Source of the DNA: Polyangiaceae bacterium
Lineage (GTDB): Bacteria > Myxococcota_A > Polyangia > Polyangiales > Polyangiaceae
Assembly: GCA_044222475.1 (NCBI GenBank)
Contig: JBGANF010000068.1
Coordinates: forward strand, 1 to 41,747
Reading direction: 5' to 3'
Length of the DNA stretch: 41,747 nt
A program made the position numbers and the translations under genes. The notes beneath the pieces were generated by a model that saw only the letters and a program-made list of their open reading frames with translations, was not told the origin of the DNA and searched no databases. The stretch's first letter is position 1, and the number at the start of each line of letters is the position of its first letter. Positions 18,127 to 26,714 of the stretch are shown here, piece after piece.

Positions 18127-20127
18127 CTAAAGCGAGAACTTGTAGCGCGCGGTGTCGTTGGCCGGGATGTTCACCGTCGTCGAGACGGGCGGCTTCCCGT
18201 CACCCGGCGTGCAGGTGACCTTGTGCGGGCCGGCAGAGAGCTCGATTCCGGCGACCGGCGTCGCGCCGCGCGGCACGCCGTCGACCGAGACGTTGCACCA
18301 GCCGCCGCTCGCTCCGACGTTGAGCTTGCCGCTCCCGGTCGGCCCCACGGGGCCCTTCGGCCCGGTGCCGTTCGAGACGACCGCCTTCACGAGGGTGACG
18401 TCGAGGTGCTTCGTCTCTTGCGGGTTGCCGATGAAGCTCGTCGTGTAGTCCACGTAGCCGGCCGCCGAGACGAGCACCTTGTGCTGATCGCCGGACGAGA
18501 TGCTGTCGATCGTGAGGCCCTCGTACTTCTTGCCGTCGAGCGACACCGTCGGCTTCACGTTCGCCGGCAGCACCGTGACCGTGAGGACGACCGAGCCCTT
18601 CTTGAGGTCGGCTTTGACGGTACCCTTCGGGGATCCGTCGGTGAGGGTCACCGTGTGCTTCGACGCTTCGAAGCCGTCCATCGTGAGCTTCACCTCGATC
18701 GGCGCGCCGCCGGTCGGGAGCTGCGTCAACGTCGCCGGAGTCGTCTCGGTCTTGAGGTCGCCGTTGATCCAAATCGAAGCGCCCGGCGGGTTGCTCGTGA
18801 TCTCGATCGCACCCTTGGCGACCTTGACCGTGGGCTGCGTCGCCACCTGGGCGGCCTGGGTCGCCTGCTTCTTCTTCATGAACCAGACGGTTCCGCCGAT
18901 CCCGCCGCCCACGAGCAAGAGCACCGCGAAGAGCCCGATGAACAAGCCTGCCTTGCTGCGGTTCGCCGGGACGTCGGTGACGGTGTGCGACGCCGCCGCC
19001 ATGCTGAGGTTCGGCTGGGAGAGATCCACCTGCGAGTCGCGCGGGTTCTCGCGATCGAAGATGTCGGCGAGCTGCTTGCCTTGAAGGAGCGCTTCCTTCT
19101 GGCTCGCGATCTTGTCCTCGAACAGGCCGCCCATGAACTGGCTGAGCGCGATGTTCGAGACCGGGATGCGTTCGTCGCGGACGAACTGCTCGAGATCGGA
19201 CTGCATCTCGCGCGCGGACTGGTACCGCTGGTTGCGATCCTTCGCGAGCGCCTTCATGACGATCGCTTCGAGCTTCGGCGGATACGCCGGGCGGATCTGC
19301 GACGGCTTCGGGTACTCGCGCTCGCAGATGAGCTTGAGCGTCTCGAACTCGCTGGCTCCCTTGAACAGGCGCTTGCCGGTCGTGAGCTCGAAGAGCATGA
19401 CGCCGGTCGCGAAGATGTCGCTGCGCGCGTCGATCTGCTCGCCGCGTGCCTGCTCGGGCGACATGTACGGCACCTTGCCCTTGAGCTTTCCGCTCTTGGT
19501 GTCGCCGGCCATCTTGTTGTCGCTCTTGGCGATGCCGAAGTCGACGATCTTCACGTCGCCGCTGAACGTGAGAACGACGTTCTGCGGGGAGATGTCGCGG
19601 TGAACGATGCCGAGGGGCGTGCCGTCGAGATCGGGCTTCTCGTGCGCGTACGCGAGGCCGGCGCACATGCCGAGCGCGATGGCGAGAGCGTGCTCGAGCG
19701 GGAACTCGGGCACGCTCTTCTGCTTCATCTGGCGCACGACGGAGCGAATGTCTTCGCCGTGCACGTGCTCCATCGCGATGAAGTAGAGGCCTTCGGCCGA
19801 ACCGACGTCGAAGATCTGGACGATGTTCGGGTGCGAGAGCGTCGCCGCGATGCGCGCCTCGTGGAGGAGCATCTCGATGAACGCCGCATCCTGGTTCATC
19901 GACGGCAGGATGCGCTTGATGACGATCAGCTTTTCGAAGCCGGCGACGCTCTTCTGGAGCGCGAGGAACAGCTCCGCCATGCCTCCCTTCGCCAGCGAGC
20001 GAAGGAGGGTGTACTTGCCAAAGCGCTTCGGGAGGCCGTCCGGAGACCCGTTCACGGCGGGGTTGGCTCCTGAAGCCGTTGCCGCTTGCGGCATGCTTGG
20101 CGGTGGCGGCGGAAGTACCTCGGACAT
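18127..20127 (-). CDS. Hanks-type Ser/Thr protein kinase with TM and PEGA domains
   Basis: AKGGMAEL, VIKR, HPNIVQIFD, HRDISPQN, DFGIAK, YMSPEQ, SDIF. TM then ITSNPPGASIWING..TP (PEGA). GAAGGAG RBS. Confidence 0.93.
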   Translation of the reverse strand: MSEVLPPPPPSMPQAATASGANPAVNGSPDGLPKRFGKYTLLRSLAKGGMAELFLALQKSVAGFEKLIVIKRILPSMNQDAAFIEMLLHEARIAATLSHPNIVQIFDVGSAEGLYFIAMEHVHGEDIRSVVRQMKQKSVPEFPLEHALAIALGMCAGLAYAHEKPDLDGTPLGIVHRDISPQNVVLTFSGDVKIVDFGIAKSDNKMAGDTKSGKLKGKVPYMSPEQARGEQIDARSDIFATGVMLFELTTGKRLFKGASEFETLKLICEREYPKPSQIRPAYPPKLEAIVMKALAKDRNQRYQSAREMQSDLEQFVRDERIPVSNIALSQFMGGLFEDKIASQKEALLQGKQLADIFDRENPRDSQVDLSQPNLSMAAASHTVTDVPANRSKAGLFIGLFAVLLLVGGGIGGTVWFMKKKQATQAAQVATQPTVKVAKGAIEITSNPPGASIWINGDLKTETTPATLTQLPTGGAPIEVKLTMDGFEASKHTVTLTDGSPKGTVKADLKKGSVVLTVTVLPANVKPTVSLDGKKYEGLTIDSISSGDQHKVLVSAAGYVDYTTSFIGNPQETKHLDVTLVKAVVSNGTGPKGPVGPTGSGKLNVGASGGWCNVSVDGVPRGATPVAGIELSAGPHKVTCTPGDGKPPVSTTVNIPANDTARYKFSL

Positions 20128-20315
20128 GCTCCTTCTTCGTGTCGGTTCACCCGACGAGTTCGGCGCATCGTACGACGCTGCGCCTCCTTTGCTAGTTCAA
20201 ACAAACGGTACGATGGGGTCACAGGCCGGTCAATTAGGGGGGGCGCGGATGCGCGCCCGTTTCGAGTGTCGCACTTGGACCCACAAGATGCGCGACGCGT
20301 GGTAGACGAGCACTC

Positions 20316-21635
20316 GTGCGAACGCTGAAGGTGCTTTTGGGATGCGGCATCGTCTTGCTCGCCGCTGCACGCGCGAGCGGCGCTCCTTTGAGCCCGATGA
20401 CCAAAGGACCTTGGCTCTCGCAGCTCGGTCCGAAGGAGGTGGTCGTTCGGGTCGAGACGTCGCCGCCCGCGCCCGTCACGCTTCGATGGACCGCGGGCGA
20501 CGCCGCCGCTGGCGGCGAGCGCAAGGAGAGCTCGGAGCTGCTCCACTCGATCCGCATCGACGGGCTCTCGCCGAAGACGCGGTACGAGTACACCGTCGAG
20601 GTCTCCGGCGCGAAGGTCACCGGTCACTTCACGACCGCGCCGCCCGACGAAGACGAGGGTGACTATCGGTTCGTCCTCTACGGCGACAACCGCTCGGATG
20701 CGATCCGGCACGCCGCCGTCGTGCACGCCGTCGAGCAAGAGGCGGGCGAGTTCCTCGTCAACACGGGGGACCTCGTCGACGACGGTCTCAACTCGGCCGA
20801 CTGGCAAGCGTTCTTCGACATCGAGGGCACGATGCTCCGTGATCGATGCCTCTTCGCTGCGATCGGAAACCACGAGCTCGTCGAGGCGTCGGGAGCTTCG
20901 TTTCTGCGCTACTTCGGCGGCTCGCGCACGATGGTCGCGCAGAAGCTCTACGGCACGATGCGGTGGGGAAGGACGCGCTTCTTCTTTCTCAACGGCATGG
21001 GCGACTTCTCCGGGGACGACCGGACCTGGCTCGAGAGCGCGCTCACATCGGCCGACGCCGAGTCGGACCTCCGTTGGCGCATCGTGGTGATCCACGATGG
21101 GCCGTATGCGTCCGGTGTCCACGGGGACAACAAGGCGCTGCACGCCGGGAAGATTCCGGCGATGTTCCTTCGCCACAAAGTCGACGTCGTCCTGTCGGGA
21201 CACGACCACCTCTACGAGCGTGGCAACGTCGAAGGCCTGCGGTACGTCGTCAGCGGCGGCGGCGGTGCGCCGCTCTACCCCGTGAAGGCGACGCGCCCGA
21301 CGACGCGCAAAGCGGAGTCGACGAACCACGTCGTCACGCTCGACGTCGGCAGGGACCAGATCAAGCTGAACGCGAAGCGCACCGACGGCAGCACGCTCGA
21401 CAGCGCGATCCTCACGAAGGCAGGCTGGAGCGACGACCCGGCGACGCCGCCGCCGCCGGCCGTCTTTCCGTCGCCGAGCAGTACGGTGCCGACTTCCGGC
21501 AAGTCGGGGGGCGGCGGTGGCGACAAGTGCGACTGTCGCGCGGCCGGCGGCGACGCGGGGCCGAGCGTGGCTGGGATCGGGGTCGGCGCGCTCACACTCC
21601 TCATCATGTTGCGAAGGCGCACCCGACGCGGGTAG
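20316..21635 (+). CDS. Purple acid phosphatase-like metallophosphoesterase with FN3-like N-domain and MYXO-CTERM tail
   Basis: YGDNR, TGDLV, GNHE, VIH, SGHDHLYER motifs. C-terminal CDCRAAG + hydrophobic segment + RRR. Confidence 0.88.
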   Translation: MRTLKVLLGCGIVLLAAARASGAPLSPMTKGPWLSQLGPKEVVVRVETSPPAPVTLRWTAGDAAAGGERKESSELLHSIRIDGLSPKTRYEYTVEVSGAKVTGHFTTAPPDEDEGDYRFVLYGDNRSDAIRHAAVVHAVEQEAGEFLVNTGDLVDDGLNSADWQAFFDIEGTMLRDRCLFAAIGNHELVEASGASFLRYFGGSRTMVAQKLYGTMRWGRTRFFFLNGMGDFSGDDRTWLESALTSADAESDLRWRIVVIHDGPYASGVHGDNKALHAGKIPAMFLRHKVDVVLSGHDHLYERGNVEGLRYVVSGGGGAPLYPVKATRPTTRKAESTNHVVTLDVGRDQIKLNAKRTDGSTLDSAILTKAGWSDDPATPPPPAVFPSPSSTVPTSGKSGGGGGDKCDCRAAGGDAGPSVAGIGVGALTLLIMLRRRTRRG

Positions 21636-21646
21636 GCTTCATGGCG

Positions 21647-22084
21647 ATGCGCCGTCTGCTCCCCTTCCTGCTCGTCGCCTCGCTCGCCTCGTGCGCGACC
21701 TACACCGACGAGCTCGGCCGTGGCCAAGCCGCGTTCGAGAAGAACGAGTACGAGCGCGCGCTCGCGACCTTCCGGGCGCTCGAGCCGGATCAGCGCCACC
21801 TCCAGACGTCGGACCAAGCGCGCTATGCGTACCTCCGCGGGATGACGGACTACCGCATCGGATACAAGTCGGACGCGCGTCACTGGCTTGCCGTCGCGAA
21901 GGCCCTCGAGGATCAGCAGCCGAAGTCGCTCCCGTCGGACTGGAAGTCGCGCCTCAACGATGCGCTGAACGAGCTCAACGAAGAGGTCTACGCTGCCGGG
22001 CGCGACGAGCTGAAGAACGAGCGGACGAAAGACATCGACGTCGACGCCGATCGTCCGAAGAAGAAGTCCAAAGAAGTCGAGTGA
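21647..22084 (+). CDS. TPR-like lipoprotein
   Basis: Lipobox LASC and helical TPR-like segments (YAYLRGMTDYRIG). Alternative ATG at 21641. Confidence 0.7.
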   Translation: MRRLLPFLLVASLASCATYTDELGRGQAAFEKNEYERALATFRALEPDQRHLQTSDQARYAYLRGMTDYRIGYKSDARHWLAVAKALEDQQPKSLPSDWKSRLNDALNELNEEVYAAGRDELKNERTKDIDVDADRPKKKSKEVE

Positions 22085-22557
22085 TCCGCCGCGCGGCCCT
22101 CCTCGTGCTCGCGTGCGCGTGTGGACCCGCGGCTGAGCCGGCGCCGGCCGCGCCCGCGGCGGCGAGTCACCCGTGTCCCGAGGGCAGCTCGTGGAACGGG
22201 ACGCTTTGTGTCCGCGAAGCCGCGGCGTCGGCGCCGAGCGCATCCGCGTCGCCGCCGCCTCCGCCGCCGCCGTCCGAGGAAGCGCGCGTCGAAGCGCGCC
22301 AGCGGTTCATGAACGGGACGCGGTTCTTCTCCCAAGGAGACTACGCGCACGCCCTCACCGAGTTCCAGGCTGCGTACGAGCTCGCGCCGTTGCCGGCGGT
22401 CCTCTACAACATCGCGGTCACCTTCGAGCAGCTCGGTCGCGCGCGCGAGGCGCTCGACACGTACGTCGAGTACCGCGCGAGCGGTCCGCCCAAAGAGCGC
22501 ATCGCCGACGTCACGGCGAAGATCGCGCGCCTGAAGCAGACGCTGGGCGTGCCTTAG
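22081..22557 (+). CDS. TPR-repeat lipoprotein
   Basis: GTGA overlap with the upstream stop, lipobox LACAC, and GDYAHALTEFQAAYELAP..AVLYNIA (myxobacterial TPR). Confidence 0.75.
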   Translation: MIRRAALLVLACACGPAAEPAPAAPAAASHPCPEGSSWNGTLCVREAAASAPSASASPPPPPPPSEEARVEARQRFMNGTRFFSQGDYAHALTEFQAAYELAPLPAVLYNIAVTFEQLGRAREALDTYVEYRASGPPKERIADVTAKIARLKQTLGVP

Positions 22558-23120
22558 CTCACGAACTTACTCAAGAGCTCGTTGACCCGGTCCTGCATCG
22601 CGTCGTCTCGAGCCGTCGCGACGGCGAGGCCGGGCGCGTTGTCGATCGCGTACGGAGGGTCGGTGAGGTCTCCGAAGTTCATGCGCACGCTGTCGATGTA
22701 GCGGAGGAAGCGGGTCCGTTTCACGGGAACTGTCTCATGATAGTCGATGAACAACAGCGTCGAATCCACGATACCGCGATAGACGCCGTCGTCGACGAGG
22801 TGGCGCGCCTTGTCGAACGCGGCATACCCGGCGGGGGTGATCGTGACGACGACTCTGCGCCGGTCGCCGTCGCTGCGACGGCGTTCGACGAAGCCACGTT
22901 TCTCCATGCGTCGAAGCATGATGGTGACGGTGGCGCGCGAGACGCCGAGGCGAGCGCGGAGGTCGCGCTGATAGACGACGCCGTGCTGACGAAGCGCCGC
23001 GCGATGGCAGACGAAGAGATCCATCCGAGCGGCGGTGAGGTTCCACCGAGCCAAGCAGCGGTTGGCGTGGTTCGAATAGGAGAGGTGAGCGCGTTTGGTG
23101 CAGAACAGAACCCGGTCCAT
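22554..23120 (-). CDS. MarR-family winged-helix transcriptional regulator
   Basis: QRDLRARLGVSRATVTIMLRRMEKRGFVER...DRRRVVVTITPAG. GAGGT RBS. Confidence 0.85.
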   Translation of the reverse strand: MDRVLFCTKRAHLSYSNHANRCLARWNLTAARMDLFVCHRAALRQHGVVYQRDLRARLGVSRATVTIMLRRMEKRGFVERRRSDGDRRRVVVTITPAGYAAFDKARHLVDDGVYRGIVDSTLLFIDYHETVPVKRTRFLRYIDSVRMNFGDLTDPPYAIDNAPGLAVATARDDAMQDRVNELLSKFVS

Positions 23121-23337
23121 GCGAGGCACCTCGCATCATCCGTTCCAAGATCCCGACCCAACAGAATCAACGACTTCCCGCCGCGAACCCCTGGCGCGCG
23201 CCACCCCGGAGCCGGTTCCGCGCCACCCCGCGGCTTTGGGAGCCGGCTAACCTTTTCCGGCGCAGCCCTACCGGCCGCACCCGGGTCTACCCGAAATTGT
23301 TAGCCGGCAGCCATCTGGCGGGGACCTCGTGGTCGGG

Positions 23338-24258
23338 TCAGTTGCAGGCCTTTCCGCAGAGCGTCCCCACTTCCTGCACGCAGACGCCATCCCACGAGTT
23401 CGTGCAGCAGTACGCGTCCGCCGCGCAGACCGTGGCGGCGCAGGGATCGCAGGTCGTCGTCAGCTTCGCTCCTTGGGCGCAGATCGCGTGCGCACAGGTC
23501 GGCGCGGGAGCGGGCGGCGGAGACGAGCTCGTTCCGCTGCCACCGTGGCTCGCGATCTGCTGGGCGATCCACGTGCTCACCAGGTCCACTCGGGCCAAGA
23601 CCTCGGTGCCCCCTCCCGCGCCCGAGTTCACTGCCACGATGGTGTGCGTTCCGGCGCTGAAGTCGGGCCCACCCGAGTCGCCCGACTGGATGATCTCGTT
23701 CGCGAGGTAGTCGAACGGATAGCCGTAGTTCGTCGCGTCCTTCACGGTGAGCGGCTTGCTCGCGTAGAGCTGCGTGTTCGAGGCGACGCCATCCTTGATG
23801 CGGCCGACGTTGATGATGCTCGAGCCGCTCGCGAGCTTGGTCTTCTGGATCGTCGGGTACGCCGTCAGCTTGATCGGCGTCGCGAGGAAGACGAGCCCGA
23901 CGTCGTGCGTCTTCGGGTCCACCGTGTCGGCGGTCGACGTGTAGTCGAGCGTCGCCGCTCCAGAAGCTTTCGCGTATTGGTTGCCGGCGTACGGGGCGCG
24001 CACCGTCCAGCCGTCGTACTCGACGACGCAGTGGCCCGCGGTCAGCACGACTTGCGGCGCGATCACCGCGCCGGAGCAGATCGCGACCTGAATACCTTTT
24101 TGGGACATGTTGACGAGCGCGGCCTCGGGGTACCCGGTCGCGGCGGTGCCACCGACGATCGGCTCACGCGCGGTCGTGGCTTCGAACTCGTCTTGGGGTA
24201 CGGCCGAACAGGCGGCGAGGGTGAGAGCGAACGCGGCGAGGAGGCGGCGGCTGGACAT
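23338..24258 (-). CDS. Trypsin-like (S1) serine protease lipoprotein with C-terminal Cys-rich domain
   Basis: Lipobox LAAC, activation site IVGG, triad motifs TAGHC / HDVGL / GDSGGP. C-terminal CAHAIC...DPC...YCCTNSWDGVC. Confidence 0.9.
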   Translation of the reverse strand: MSSRRLLAAFALTLAACSAVPQDEFEATTAREPIVGGTAATGYPEAALVNMSQKGIQVAICSGAVIAPQVVLTAGHCVVEYDGWTVRAPYAGNQYAKASGAATLDYTSTADTVDPKTHDVGLVFLATPIKLTAYPTIQKTKLASGSSIINVGRIKDGVASNTQLYASKPLTVKDATNYGYPFDYLANEIIQSGDSGGPDFSAGTHTIVAVNSGAGGGTEVLARVDLVSTWIAQQIASHGGSGTSSSPPPAPAPTCAHAICAQGAKLTTTCDPCAATVCAADAYCCTNSWDGVCVQEVGTLCGKACN

Positions 24259-24272
24259 CGAGCACATGCATC

Positions 24273-24288
24273 GCAAGCGCCGAGCCAA
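24273..24288 (-). promoter_or_regulatory. Sigma54 (-24/-12) promoter for the protease gene
   Basis: Minus strand TTGGCTCGGCGCTTGC is GG-N10-GC with TTGC. Predicted +1 is about 24261, 3 nt before ATG 24258. Confidence 0.65.
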
Positions 24289-24338
24289 CCCGATTTCGCA
24301 ATGATTTCAGCATCATTCGGGTAGCCATGAGCACCGGG

Positions 24339-24376
24339 TTGAACAAGTCGTTCAATCGATTGAACAAGTCGTTCAC
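24339..24376. promoter_or_regulatory. Tandem palindromic operator/enhancer (UAS) pair
   Basis: TTGAACAAGTCGTTCAA (24339-24355) and TTGAACAAGTCGTTCAC (24360-24376), each TGAAC-N5-GTTCA, with a 21-bp period. Confidence 0.75.
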
Positions 24377-24412
24377 CTCGCCGAGCGACACGAGGCGAGG
24401 TAGGGTGCCGCC

Positions 24413-26335
24413 GTGACTCGGGCTCGACTCGACAGCACCGGTGAGGTCGATCTCGGCGCGTCGAAGCACAAGCCGACGTCGTTCATGCTCCTCGTCGTCG
24501 GAGCCGACGGGACCTCCACCTCGCATCCGTTGCCGGAGCGAGGAACCGTGACGCTCGGTCGTGGCCCCGACTGCGACGTGCGCATCGACGACCCGGCCGT
24601 CTCGCGAACGCACGCACGCATCCACGTCGCCGAAGCGCGCGGCGACGAGAGCGAGCGCGCCGCGGGCACGTTCGTCTTCATCGAGGATCTCGGGAGCGCG
24701 AACGGAACGCGCGTTCGCGAGGCGTGGGACGAAGTCGGCCGCCCGCTCGGGAAGGGCGCCCTCGTGCCGCTCGTGCACGGCTCCGTCATCGAGATCGGCA
24801 CGTCCACCGCGATGGTCCAAGCCGCACCCGCGCACGGTCGGCCACGCCGCCTCTGGCCACACGGCGCGTTCGAGGCGCTGGTCGAGAAGGAGCACGAGCG
24901 CACGGCGCGCTCGCGTGCGTCGTTCGCGGTGTTGCACCTCGTCGTCGACGGGGTCGCTCCCGAAGACGCGGAGGCACAGGTCATCGCCGCCACGCGCAGC
25001 TCCGACACCGTCGCTCGCTACGGACCGAACCAGCTCGAGGTGCTCGTCGTCGACGCGACCGCGCAAGCCGTCGAGGAGGTGCAGAAGCGGATCGACGCCC
25101 GCGTGTCGCTCAAGGGCGGACGCGTCCAGATCGGCGTCGCGATCCACCCCGACGACGGTCGCAGCCCCGAAGGCTTGCTGGAGACTGCTCGCCAGCGAGC
25201 GCGCGGCGAAGAAGCGTTCGACTGGCCGGCGCGGGTCGAGGTCCTCGAGGACCCGGCGATGAAGCGCGTCTACACCCTGGTGCGGCGCGTCGCGGGCGCG
25301 CGCATCGCGGTGCTGCTCCAAGGCGAGACCGGCGTCGGCAAGGACGTCGTCGCCGAGGCGATCCACGCGCTCTCGCCCCGGGCAGAGAAGCCCTACGTGC
25401 GGCTCAACTGCGCGGCGTTGCCGGAGAACCTGCTCGAGAGCGAGCTCTTCGGCTACGAGAAGGGCGCGTTCTCCGGCGCCGTCACCTCGAAGCAGGGCCT
25501 CCTCGAAGCGGCGAACGGCGGGACGATCTTCCTCGACGAGATCGGCGAGCTACCGCTCGCGACGCAAGCGAAGCTCCTTCGCGCCCTCGAAGACGGGCAG
25601 GTGCGCCGCCTCGGAGCGATCACTCCGCGCGCGGTCGACGTTCGCTTCGTCGCGGCGACGAACCGCGATCTCGAGACCGAGGTCGGGCGCGGTGCGTTTC
25701 GCGGCGACCTCTACTTCCGGCTGAGCGGCGTGACGCTGACGATCCCGCCGCTCCGCGAGCGCACGCGCGAGATCGTCCCGTTCGCGCGCATCTTCCTCCG
25801 CGACCTCGCCGAAGCCGCTGGACGCTCCGCGCCGGGGATCACTCCGGAGGCCGCCCAGCTGCTCGTGCGCTACGCGTGGCCCGGAAACATCCGCGAGCTC
25901 CGCAACGCGGTCGAGCGCGCGCTGCTGCTCTGCGACGGCGACCAGATCCGCGCCGAGCATCTCCCGGTCGAGAAGCTCACGGCGCACGTCGCGCCGCTGT
26001 CGCGTCCTCCGTCGATGCCGCCGCCGCGCGGCTCGGGCATCCCGGCACCCATCGACACGATGCGCGCGCTCCCGCTTCACGAGATCGCCCGCGCTCGCGC
26101 CGAGGCGGAGTCGAGTCGTCCCACTTCGGTACCGCAGCCGCCGGCCCCGCCGTCGTCGCTCGAGCTGGACGAGCTCCGCGCCCGCATGGACGAGGTCGAG
26201 CGCCGCCGCGTCGTCGCTGCCCTCGAGGCGTGCGGCGGCAATCAGACGAAGGCAGCTCGGATGCTCGGGATCTCCCGAGGCACCTTCGTCGCCCGTCTCG
26301 GCGCATTTGGCCTTCCGCGTCCGCGGAAGGGTTGA
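24413..26335 (+). CDS. FHA - degenerate GGDEF-like - sigma54 AAA+ - Fis-HTH enhancer-binding protein
   Basis: FHA ([16 protein letters not shown]), [55 protein letters not shown]. Confidence 0.92.
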   Translation: MTRARLDSTGEVDLGASKHKPTSFMLLVVGADGTSTSHPLPERGTVTLGRGPDCDVRIDDPAVSRTHARIHVAEARGDESERAAGTFVFIEDLGSANGTRVREAWDEVGRPLGKGALVPLVHGSVIEIGTSTAMVQAAPAHGRPRRLWPHGAFEALVEKEHERTARSRASFAVLHLVVDGVAPEDAEAQVIAATRSSDTVARYGPNQLEVLVVDATAQAVEEVQKRIDARVSLKGGRVQIGVAIHPDDGRSPEGLLETARQRARGEEAFDWPARVEVLEDPAMKRVYTLVRRVAGARIAVLLQGETGVGKDVVAEAIHALSPRAEKPYVRLNCAALPENLLESELFGYEKGAFSGAVTSKQGLLEAANGGTIFLDEIGELPLATQAKLLRALEDGQVRRLGAITPRAVDVRFVAATNRDLETEVGRGAFRGDLYFRLSGVTLTIPPLRERTREIVPFARIFLRDLAEAAGRSAPGITPEAAQLLVRYAWPGNIRELRNAVERALLLCDGDQIRAEHLPVEKLTAHVAPLSRPPSMPPPRGSGIPAPIDTMRALPLHEIARARAEAESSRPTSVPQPPAPPSSLELDELRARMDEVERRRVVAALEACGGNQTKAARMLGISRGTFVARLGAFGLPRPRKG

Positions 26336-26359
26336 GCGCGCCTTCCGCGTCCGCGGAAG
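26310..26359. repeat. Duplicated 20-bp palindromic unit between convergent genes
   Basis: GCCTTCCGCGTCCGCGGAAG at 26310 and 26340 (30-bp period). Each copy folds as CTTCCGCG-TC-CGCGGAAG. Confidence 0.75.
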
Positions 26360-26366
26360 ACCTGAC

Positions 26367-26555
26367 TCACACCGCGCGAGCGCGGAGCGTCAGCAGCTGG
26401 TCCTTGAGCGCGAGCTTGGTCTTCTTGAGCTCGGCGATGCGCGTCTGCTCGACCGGCGACATGCGCGGGCCACGTCGTTCGATCTTCCGGATCTCCTTGT
26501 CCAGGTTCCGGTGAAGGGACTCGAGTTCCTGTGCGTTCGGGACCAGCAATCGCAT
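26367..26555 (-). CDS. Small coiled-coil protein, DUF465/YdcH-like (62 aa)
   Basis: GGAGGT RBS. The H..LD..I...E...IAELKKTKLALKDQL pattern is typical of DUF465. Confidence 0.75.
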   Translation of the reverse strand: MRLLVPNAQELESLHRNLDKEIRKIERRGPRMSPVEQTRIAELKKTKLALKDQLLTLRARAV

Positions 26556-26680
26556 CGAAGAGACCTCCGTGAATTGAGGAAACGCTCCGGCCAGAAGAAC
26601 AGACCAACGCGACTCCGGCTGGCCGTCAACGGTGACCGGAGACGATCTGCGCCGTTGTGTGGACAAGGCGCACTGACGTG

Positions 26681-26706
26681 GGAACATTCCGGGGAGAACA
26701 CACTCC
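26681..26706 (+). promoter_or_regulatory. Putative ECF promoter (GGAACA-N16-CTCC)
   Basis: Same spacing as the 3470 motif and the same 8-nt distance to the ATG. The -10 element is weaker. Confidence 0.35.
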
Positions 26707-26714
26707 GATCCTTC

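Noticed and set aside
24339..24376. Repeat pair considered as a mini CRISPR array or a LexA (GAAC-N4-GTTC) SOS box
   Set aside because: Only two 17-bp units with a 4-nt gap and no cas genes. The internal spacing is N5, not the N4 of the Gram-positive SOS box. Context fits a bEBP enhancer better.
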